Source of the DNA: a virus
Direction: 5' to 3' (one strand)
DNA length: 64,000 nucleotides
Virus record (IMG/VR): IMGVR_UViG_3300002026_000003
Shown: one piece after another, positions 47,547 through 53,684 of the stretch
Position numbering within the stretch: the first letter of the stretch is position 1
How the letters are laid out: each line of letters opens with the position of its first letter
The notes under the pieces: model-generated
What the model was told of the DNA's origin: nothing
Databases searched by the model: none
Seen by the model: only the letters and a program-made list of their open reading frames with translations
Made by a program: the position numbers and the translations under genes

Positions 47547-48563
47547 ATGACTGTACGAGTCTATCGATCTACTGACGTAGGCGCTCCGTCAATTGACCTA
47601 TCCATAGGGTCAATAATAACGCTATTGGATGCCTGCTTAGTTAATGGTTACGGAAGTAAGGCTGCTCTTGGCTGGACTAAGCAATTCTCCGGTACCAACA
47701 AGGCAGTATACTTGCAAGGTACTGGCGGTGCAGGTAACGCTCTTAGAGTAGTTGACGATGTAGTTAATCAGGTAGGTGGGGGAGTAACTACTGCATGTAA
47801 GCTGCATGGCGTACGTGGCGCATTGACAGTAGATACCTACAAGGGTAGGTTTGGCGATAGCGTAGGCTGCTTCATCACGAAGCCGGAGACTACGGGAGGT
47901 GGAGGATGGGTTCTAATCGGTAACGAATACTCGTTCTACCTATGCACTAAACGTGCTGGTTGGGGCAATGGATGGAGCATAGGCTATTTTGGTGATTGTT
48001 CCTCTTATGCTAGTGATCCCGCTACTGATATAGGGAAGACTATATTCTCTTTCCCTACAGCGCAGACTACTGTAGGTAGTCCACCTCCGTCTAACTATGA
48101 TGGGGTTATCGGCTTTATAAGCAGTGGCTCAGGTAACTCAGGCAGCCCCGGCACTAGACTAGCTGGTGACGTAGGCGGTATATATACAGACGCTAACGGG
48201 TACGGCGGGGTAATGATTAACTTCGCGCTAGCTATGGGGTACCTTAAAGACACTATACTGTACCCAAGTCGTGTAAGTAATGGGCTAGTATGCTCGCCAG
48301 TAATGGTAGTAATTCCTAGTAGCAGCGTACTAACTCAACCTGCTGGCTACCAAGGAGATACAGAAATACGTGGAGTTATCCCCGGAAGGTATATCCCACT
48401 GCACCACTCGTCTAAGTTTACCCCAGAGCCGCAAAAGCAGTTTACCTTTACCTCTGGGGAGATGGCGGGTAAGACTCTAGAAGCTTTTTACTCATGGGAT
48501 TACTCTACCTCTGCGCAGGGTAATACTAACTTAGTGCTATTAGAAGTATCAGATACTTGGTGA
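47547..48563 (+). CDS. paralog family member 4
   Basis: N-terminus VRVYRSTDVGAPSIDLSIGSIITLLDACLVNGYGS; C-terminus LLEVSDTW. Confidence 0.6.
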   Translation: MTVRVYRSTDVGAPSIDLSIGSIITLLDACLVNGYGSKAALGWTKQFSGTNKAVYLQGTGGAGNALRVVDDVVNQVGGGVTTACKLHGVRGALTVDTYKGRFGDSVGCFITKPETTGGGGWVLIGNEYSFYLCTKRAGWGNGWSIGYFGDCSSYASDPATDIGKTIFSFPTAQTTVGSPPPSNYDGVIGFISSGSGNSGSPGTRLAGDVGGIYTDANGYGGVMINFALAMGYLKDTILYPSRVSNGLVCSPVMVVIPSSSVLTQPAGYQGDTEIRGVIPGRYIPLHHSSKFTPEPQKQFTFTSGEMAGKTLEAFYSWDYSTSAQGNTNLVLLEVSDTW

Positions 48564-48567
48564 TGCT

Positions 48568-48987
48568 ATGCCTCAAGTCTACCCGCTGCAAAACGCACAG
48601 CGATACCTAGGTAATTCTCTAGCCGATGACACGACTGCTATATGTGTTTTGCAATCGATTGCAACTAGAGACAGCCAGCACGGCCTAGAGACTCGTGGGT
48701 TACTATTACCTTCTCCACAAAAGGTAGGAGGCTCTGCTTTACCGGGGCTAGTAGTTAACCACATTAGCGGTACCGTATCCGAAGGGTTATCGCCAGTAGC
48801 TAGGGTTGTAAGGGCGTACCGCCGTAGTGATGGTGCTTTGGTAGGTACTACAGTAAGTGTGGCCGGCACAGGGGCGTTTAGTATGCCTATCTACGGTACG
48901 CCTGAAGAGGTTACAGTGGTAGCTTTTGACGACGCCTCTGGCTTATCGTACAATGCTGCCATAGCTGATAAAGTGATACCCGCATAA
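48568..48987 (+). CDS. small protein with carboxypeptidase-regulatory-like beta-sandwich (139 aa)
   Basis: ISGTVSEGLSPVARVVRAYRRSDGALVG...GAFSMPIYG...VTVVAFDDASGLSYNAAIADKVIPA. Carries motif copy 18. Confidence 0.5.
   Translation: MPQVYPLQNAQRYLGNSLADDTTAICVLQSIATRDSQHGLETRGLLLPSPQKVGGSALPGLVVNHISGTVSEGLSPVARVVRAYRRSDGALVGTTVSVAGTGAFSMPIYGTPEEVTVVAFDDASGLSYNAAIADKVIPA
48649..48664. repeat. motif copy 18
   Basis: TTGCAATCGATTGCAA (exact). Codons 28-32 of ORF 48568 (LQSIAT). Confidence 0.9.
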
Positions 48988-49003
48988 CTACTTTGGATAA
49001 ATC

Positions 49004-49372
49004 ATGGCGCAACCTAACGATACAGTATGGAATGGAGTAGACCGTAGGGATAGTGGAATTCCTGTGCACGATACGTCACCCATGCCAAAGACAGTAACTA
49101 TAGAGATGGTGTACGGATTACTACGTGACCATATCAAGCAGGAGCGTGAATGGCGCGACGATATATCGAAAGCTTTTCCGGTAGACCGGCATGGAGAGCC
49201 TGATTACTCAGGGCATGGTGATTACCATACAAAGCTTATTGACCGCGCAGCAAAGGCTGAAGGTGCAAAAGAGCGGCTAATCGAAAAAGTAGCAGGAGGC
49301 TCTATATGGGCTTTACTAATTTTCATAGGCACAGCGGCACTAGCCTACCTGAAAGACCACATACTGAAATGA
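49004..49372 (+). CDS. membrane-anchored protein with a single C-terminal TM (122 aa), lysis-cassette associated
   Basis: C-terminal GGSIWALLIFIGTAALAYL is a TM segment. First gene of the lysis region. Confidence 0.45.
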   Translation: MAQPNDTVWNGVDRRDSGIPVHDTSPMPKTVTIEMVYGLLRDHIKQEREWRDDISKAFPVDRHGEPDYSGHGDYHTKLIDRAAKAEGAKERLIEKVAGGSIWALLIFIGTAALAYLKDHILK

Positions 49373-49851
49373 AATACGTATGCTCTCATTTTTCTTTGCG
49401 CAGGGCACTACTTAGATGGGATAGCGTAACTGCTCTACTTACGCTAGCCATACTAGTTACCCTAACCCTTGGGTACAGAACCAAGTACCCGCCAGAGGTT
49501 CCTTTCCACGACATATATGCACAGGCTACCGCCTACAGAATAGATGATGTTACAGTCGTAGAGTACGACAGAACCTTCTCTGTAGATTATGACTTTACTG
49601 GAATAGTAACTAGGTTGGTGGAGTGTGAAGGTATTCGTACATTCGATATAGCTGGTATATCCCGCATATTTAAGCAGGGGCAGCACACGACACAACGCAC
49701 CTTCTCTGTTCCGTTTAGGTACCCAGAGGATACTGAATGTAAACTACGCACATTCATAGCATGGCAACCGATGGGTTCATTTAGGGAATCTGTGCACGAG
49801 ATAGTTGCAGTAGATTTCAAAGTTATAGTAGCACCAACCGAGAGGAAGTAA
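49369..49851 (+). CDS. N-terminally anchored membrane protein (160 aa)
   Basis: ATGA overlap at 49369-49372, so the track start at 49306 was rejected. TM segment SVTALLTLAILVTLTLGY. Confidence 0.5.
   Translation: MKYVCSHFSLRRALLRWDSVTALLTLAILVTLTLGYRTKYPPEVPFHDIYAQATAYRIDDVTVVEYDRTFSVDYDFTGIVTRLVECEGIRTFDIAGISRIFKQGQHTTQRTFSVPFRYPEDTECKLRTFIAWQPMGSFRESVHEIVAVDFKVIVAPTERK
49805..49820. repeat. motif copy 19 (degenerate)
   Basis: TTGCAGTAGATTTCAA (2 mismatches). Read as VAVDFK, 34 nt upstream of the holin-like start. Confidence 0.5.
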
Positions 49852-49853
49852 AA

Positions 49854-50141
49854 ATGAAACGCATGTATCGTGACCTTATAGTTATAGCCATTCTACTAGG
49901 CATGGGTGGTTATTTGCTTTGGGTTGACTCCGCTAATATAGTGATTATACAGGCTTTGGTTATAGGTATGTTTATGGTGGCCGGTACCCACTTGACAAGG
50001 CGTTTGCTGCTACCGCAAATAGATTTGCAATTGGTTGCAAATAAAGCATCGATAGAGCCTATCGGGGCAGCAATAGTATTCGCGGCTATCTTGCTGTTCC
50101 TTGTTTCGGTTATGTGGCTTGGCATATCAGTGTTAAAGTAA
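49854..50141 (+). CDS. holin-like protein (95 aa, about 3 TM segments)
   Basis: Three hydrophobic stretches (VIAILLGMGGYLLWV; IIQALVIGMFMVAG; AAIVFAAILLFLVSVMWLGI). Lies upstream of the endolysin. Confidence 0.55.
   Translation: MKRMYRDLIVIAILLGMGGYLLWVDSANIVIIQALVIGMFMVAGTHLTRRLLLPQIDLQLVANKASIEPIGAAIVFAAILLFLVSVMWLGISVLK
50025..50040. repeat. motif copy 20 (degenerate)
   Basis: TTGCAATTGGTTGCAA (2 mismatches). Inside the holin-like ORF (LQLVAN). Confidence 0.55.
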
Positions 50142-50329
50142 TGGAACGATATGCCTCCCGCAAGTTCATACTTGCGTTAATAACATTGCTAGTAAGTACA
50201 TGGGTGCTATTTGAGCATCTATTAGATGCTTCTGCATTTAAGGCAATTGTTATCGGTACGGTAGGTGCTTACATTATGGGCAACGTGACACAGAAGGTAG
50301 TAGATAAGAAAGACCAAAGTGACAGTTGA
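50141..50329 (+). CDS. second small membrane protein (62 aa, 2 TM), holin/antiholin-like
   Basis: TAATG overlap, so the track start at 50114 was rejected. TM segments FILALITLLVSTWVLF and AIVIGTVGAYIMG. Confidence 0.5.
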   Translation: MERYASRKFILALITLLVSTWVLFEHLLDASAFKAIVIGTVGAYIMGNVTQKVVDKKDQSDS

Positions 50330-50942
50330 TCTACCACCAAACGCGCAGATACATTTACCCGTACTAGTAGCTGAGGTTAAGCAGTATTGGCCTACGGCTC
50401 CGTTGAAGTCTTCCTTTGCTGGTCAAGTGGAGCAAGAAACGTGTATATCGCTAAAGCACAAAAAGTGTTGGTCGCCTTATGCGGAGTTGAAAACGGCAAG
50501 GGAATACGGATTCGGGTTAGGCCAGATAACTGTGACTGCATCTTTCGACAACTTCAAAGGGGCCAGAAAGTTAGATTCTTCTCTGAAGGATTGGACATGG
50601 GGGAACAGATACAACGCACAGTATCAGCTACGAACTTTAGTTTTGATGGATAGATTTAATTATGCAAAATTCAATTGGGCACTGGATAACCATGAACGAA
50701 TGGCTTTTTCTCTTGCTGCCTATAACGGCGGCATTGGGGGCGTACTGTCTGATCGTAGGGTATGTTCTACTGTCGAAGGATGCGATACGTCGAGATGGTT
50801 CGGCAACGTCGAACATACTTCCAAGAAATTAAAGAAACCTGTAAGCGGGTATGGTAAGAGCTTCTTTGAGATAAATAGGGAGTACGTATTCAATATACTG
50901 AATGTACGCCGCGCAAAATACGAGACCTACTTACATGATTAG
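50319..50942 (+). CDS. endolysin, lytic transglycosylase (SLT-like)
   Basis: QVEQETC (catalytic Glu region), GFGLGQIT and SLAAYNGGIGGV (AYNxG) match the SLT-domain signature. Confidence 0.65.
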   Translation: MTVDLPPNAQIHLPVLVAEVKQYWPTAPLKSSFAGQVEQETCISLKHKKCWSPYAELKTAREYGFGLGQITVTASFDNFKGARKLDSSLKDWTWGNRYNAQYQLRTLVLMDRFNYAKFNWALDNHERMAFSLAAYNGGIGGVLSDRRVCSTVEGCDTSRWFGNVEHTSKKLKKPVSGYGKSFFEINREYVFNILNVRRAKYETYLHD

Positions 50943-51324
50943 CAAAGATCAGTTTAGCCACTACCTTATTGGTGATAGTGCTATAGATAACAGTCACTGG
51001 GCATTACTTACGTTACTGGACTCTATTGCGCAGATAACTAACAGAGAAGCGCTTGTACTAGCGTCAGAGTCAGTATTGGCTGATTGGGCGATGCACATGG
51101 TTTATGAAGAAATACTTATGCGTAAAGTGCGCTTTCCTTACGCGCATGTGCATGCTGAGGAACATAATAGGATGCTTGATAACCTACGAGACTTACACGA
51201 GGAAGCCCTAGTGAAGTCAGAATACACAGCTACTACTCACGCTAAGAGAATGCTTGATATGGTGCTTGCCCACATAGACCATTACGACATGCAGTTTCGT
51301 CCTTATCTAATCGGGGGTACATAA
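50935..51324 (+). CDS. hemerythrin-like metal-binding protein (129 aa)
   Basis: AIDNSHWALLTLLDSI; MHMVYEEILMRKVRFPYAHVHAEEHNRMLDNL; LAHIDHYD. These reproduce the H / HxxxE / HxxxH / HxxxxD spacing of bacteriohemerythrins. ATG 50935 overlaps the endolysin stop. Confidence 0.6.
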   Translation: MISKDQFSHYLIGDSAIDNSHWALLTLLDSIAQITNREALVLASESVLADWAMHMVYEEILMRKVRFPYAHVHAEEHNRMLDNLRDLHEEALVKSEYTATTHAKRMLDMVLAHIDHYDMQFRPYLIGGT

Positions 51325-51325
51325 T

Positions 51326-51754
51326 ATGTTTGGTTTGCTCAGCATTAAGGAAAAGGTATTGGCAGGCTCCACGGCAGTACTACTCATACTGCTAGCTGGT
51401 ATGTGGCTATACCACACGACAACAATACACCTACTCAATTCGCAGCTAGAGGAAGTGCAGCAAGAGGCTGGTACCCTACGCGTAGATAAGGCATCTCTGG
51501 AGGCACAGAAAGCCCAATTAACGGCTACGTTAACCGCGCAGAATAAGGCTATTAGCGACTTGCTTACTGCGCAGGAAGCCTCGTCTAGGCAAGCACAAGC
51601 AGCAGTAGAGAAAGCCAAGCTTGAGGCGGCAAAGTGGAAGAAGCTATACGACGATATCTTCAACTCCCCTAAACCAGTAGCCGATGACTGCCAAGCCTTC
51701 AGCATACAACTTGATAAATACATCAGCGTACGTAAATCGGAGAGTATGAAATGA
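51326..51754 (+). CDS. i-spanin (Rz-like)
   Basis: N-terminal TM (STAVLLILLAGMWLY) followed by a long coiled-coil. Lies immediately upstream of a lipoprotein ORF. Confidence 0.7.
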   Translation: MFGLLSIKEKVLAGSTAVLLILLAGMWLYHTTTIHLLNSQLEEVQQEAGTLRVDKASLEAQKAQLTATLTAQNKAISDLLTAQEASSRQAQAAVEKAKLEAAKWKKLYDDIFNSPKPVADDCQAFSIQLDKYISVRKSESMK

Positions 51755-52044
51755 GACAGATACTGCTTGCCGTGTTAGCTTTCTTCATCGCCACTGGGTT
51801 TACAGCCTGCGAAAAGAAATGCGATCCTATTACTGTAGTGCAGGAGGTTAAGATTCCTGTGCCGGTTAAGTGCAAAATGACCTTACCAGTTGCGCCTATT
51901 AGCCCCATCAGCAATATACAACTAGGTGATACTTACTACCTTAAAGCTATGGCTCTTATGAAGGAGAACGAGCAGTACCGTAGATACTCTGAAGAGCTAG
52001 AAGCTGCGGCCACTGCATGTATTGAATCGCCCTTAGTACCTTGA
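51751..52044 (+). CDS. o-spanin (Rz1-like lipoprotein)
   Basis: Signal peptide plus lipobox-like FTAC (MRQILLAVLAFFIATGFTAC). ATGA overlap with the i-spanin. Confidence 0.6.
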   Translation: MRQILLAVLAFFIATGFTACEKKCDPITVVQEVKIPVPVKCKMTLPVAPISPISNIQLGDTYYLKAMALMKENEQYRRYSEELEAAATACIESPLVP

Positions 52045-52050
52045 TATAAT
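52022..52050 (+). promoter_or_regulatory. candidate sigma70-type promoter at the end of the o-spanin gene
   Basis: TTGAAT-17 nt-TATAAT (perfect -10). Confidence 0.45.
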
Positions 52051-52092
52051 ACTAGCGCAGTACCCTTTAACTCTACGAAAGGATGGTGATCT

Positions 52093-52149
52093 GTGGCTTG
52101 TAAGACCGGCGGTAAAGGTAAAGGAAAAGGCGGGGGCGGAAAGAAGTAA
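52093..52149 (+). CDS. possible 18-aa Gly/Lys-rich micropeptide (GTG start)
   Basis: gtg gct tgt aag acc ggc ggt aaa ggt aaa gga aaa ggc ggg ggc gga aag aag taa. AAGGATGG upstream. Lies inside the promoter-to-terminator unit. Confidence 0.2.
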   Translation: MACKTGGKGKGKGGGGKK

Positions 52150-52196
52150 AGCTAACGCTGACTGAACCTTGCTAGTTCACGTTCTGAAGTAAGATA

Positions 52197-52234
52197 ATAG
52201 CCCTAGGGATTAGTCTCTAGGGCTATTTGTTTTT
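52197..52234 (+). terminator. intrinsic terminator upstream of ligase gene
   Basis: ATAGCCCTAG-GGATTAGTCT-CTAGGGCTAT, a perfect 10-bp stem followed by TTGTTTTT. Confidence 0.8.
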
Positions 52235-52248
52235 GCAATCGATTTCAA
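52233..52248. repeat. motif copy 21
   Basis: TTGCAATCGATTTCAA (exact). Its first TT is the end of the terminator T-run. AGGAGG and GTG 52263 follow. Confidence 0.9.
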
Positions 52249-52262
52249 TTTAGGAGGTACCG

Positions 52263-53189
52263 GTGAAACCTATAAAAGAAGTAGTAATTAGGCCGATGCT
52301 TGCGCACTCTGAGCCTATAAATCCAGCAACGTACCCAATTCCGCCTAGCGGCGTATGGGTATCCCCAAAATTAGATGGGGTGCGGTGCATGCAGATGGCT
52401 TGCGAATCAAAGAGCAGGAAGCTGCTTAACATCCCAAATTTATTTGTGCAGAAAATGCTAGCTAATCCTGATCTGGATGGATTAGACGGAGAGTTAGTTG
52501 TAGGGCTACCAACGGCCCCTAACTGCATAAACGTAACTACGTCAGGAGTTATGACCATAGCAGGCTATCCTGACTTTACCTACTATGTATTTGATATATG
52601 GGATAAGCCTAGTCTAGGGTTTCGTAGGAGATACGCAGAGATAAAGCACAGGGTTGCAAACCTTAAGCGTCGTGGTTTTCCTGTAGCTCTAGTGCCTCAA
52701 ACACTTTGTTTTACTAACGAGGAAGCTGAGGCCGCCATAGGTGCCTTCTATGAGGCTGGCTACGAGGGTGGTATTGTACGTAGCTACAATGATCGTTATA
52801 AGTACAATCGATCAACACTCAATGAAGGGTATCTACTGAAGGTAAAGGAGTCGGTAGATGCAGAGGCACGTATCGTGGACTTCATAGAGATGAACCATAA
52901 CGACAATGAGGCCACAGTAAATGAACTTGGCCTAACCAAACGATCTACCCATAAGGATAATAAGCGTGGGGCAGGTACTCTAGGTCGTATGGTGGGTATT
53001 GACCTAGTTACAGGTGATGAGATAAAAATAGGCCCCGGCAAGATGACGGCAGAGGAAAAGCTGCACGTATGGATGAACAAAGAACTGTATCGAAATAAGA
53101 TATCGAAGTATCGGTACGGTAAGCATGGAGTAAAGGATAAGCCGCGTTTCCCAAGACATATTGTGTGGCGCGACCCTATCGACGTGTGA
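52263..53189 (+). CDS. ATP-dependent DNA ligase
   Basis: GTG start after AGGAGG. Motif I SPKLDGVRC (KxDG), LDGELV, YYVFDI, EGGIVR and LLKVK match nucleotidyltransferase motifs I, III, IIIa, IV and V. Confidence 0.85.
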   Translation: MKPIKEVVIRPMLAHSEPINPATYPIPPSGVWVSPKLDGVRCMQMACESKSRKLLNIPNLFVQKMLANPDLDGLDGELVVGLPTAPNCINVTTSGVMTIAGYPDFTYYVFDIWDKPSLGFRRRYAEIKHRVANLKRRGFPVALVPQTLCFTNEEAEAAIGAFYEAGYEGGIVRSYNDRYKYNRSTLNEGYLLKVKESVDAEARIVDFIEMNHNDNEATVNELGLTKRSTHKDNKRGAGTLGRMVGIDLVTGDEIKIGPGKMTAEEKLHVWMNKELYRNKISKYRYGKHGVKDKPRFPRHIVWRDPIDV

Positions 53190-53195
53190 TATAGT
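53187..53195 (+). promoter_or_regulatory. candidate extended -10 promoter element
   Basis: TGATATAGT (TGnTATAgT) overlapping the ligase stop codon. No convincing -35. Confidence 0.25.
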
Positions 53196-53276
53196 ACTAC
53201 CAGTTTCACAGGGCGCAAGACGGAAAGACAACACCCTGTACTTAGCCCGCAAGGGTATTTTTACAGGAGCGATACC

Positions 53277-53528
53277 ATGAGTGAATTAGGTGCAGTTGTA
53301 GCAAAGATGGTGTGTAACACGATGGAGACTCACGAGTATTCCCACAACTACTCGCAGCGCAAAGTAAGGCTAGGAGCAGTGTGCGGTAATAGTGGTGAGA
53401 ACGCAGCCTTTACTAAGGCTACCCCTTCGGGTGAATGCTGGATGCAGATTGACGCAAGCGCCCCGGCAGCGGCCTTCTTCATACCGGGAAAGAAGTACTA
53501 TGTAACTTTTACTGAAGCACCTGACTGA
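53277..53528 (+). CDS. hypothetical protein (83 aa)
   Basis: AGGAG upstream; followed by a terminator. Confidence 0.55.
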   Translation: MSELGAVVAKMVCNTMETHEYSHNYSQRKVRLGAVCGNSGENAAFTKATPSGECWMQIDASAPAAAFFIPGKKYYVTFTEAPD

Positions 53529-53561
53529 CGGTTGACCCGTAGTAACCTGAAGTAGCACAAT

Positions 53562-53600
53562 GGCCCTTGGAATTCGTTTCGAGGGCCTTTTTGTTTTTTT
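53562..53600 (+). terminator. intrinsic terminator upstream of AAA+ gene cluster
   Basis: GGCCCTTG...CGAGGGCC stem followed by TTTTTGTTTTTTT. Confidence 0.75.
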
Positions 53601-53614
53601 GCAATCGATTTCAA
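53599..53614. repeat. motif copy 22
   Basis: TTGCAATCGATTTCAA (exact). Its first TT is the end of the terminator T-run; 71 nt before ATG 53685. Confidence 0.9.
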
Positions 53615-53684
53615 ATACGTAGCTGGTTCTTTCGCCCGACAGGTAGCGGCGTTAGAATGGTCGAAATTTCAAAAGGAGTAAAAC

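Larger units (their letters stand above)
52057..52234 (+). ncRNA. candidate short transcript (small RNA or micropeptide mRNA), about 180 nt
   Basis: Bounded by a sigma70-like promoter (52022-52050) and a perfect 10-bp-stem terminator (52197-52234). No ORF of 60 aa or more inside. Confidence 0.3.

Noticed and set aside
11572-52262. The motif as an ordinary sigma70 promoter, with its TTGCAA half as the -35.
   Set aside because: I checked copies 6, 13, 16 and 21 for a -10 hexamer 16-18 nt downstream of either half-site. None is convincing, and in several cases the SD or start codon occupies that position. Only the extra half-site at 30382 has a good -10 (TATAGT).
53230-53262. A possible weak terminator, CCCGCAAGGG-TATTTTT, before ORF 53277.
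   Set aside because: The stem is only about 3-4 bp with a GCAA loop. That is too weak to call, and it lies between a candidate -10 element and the gene it would serve.
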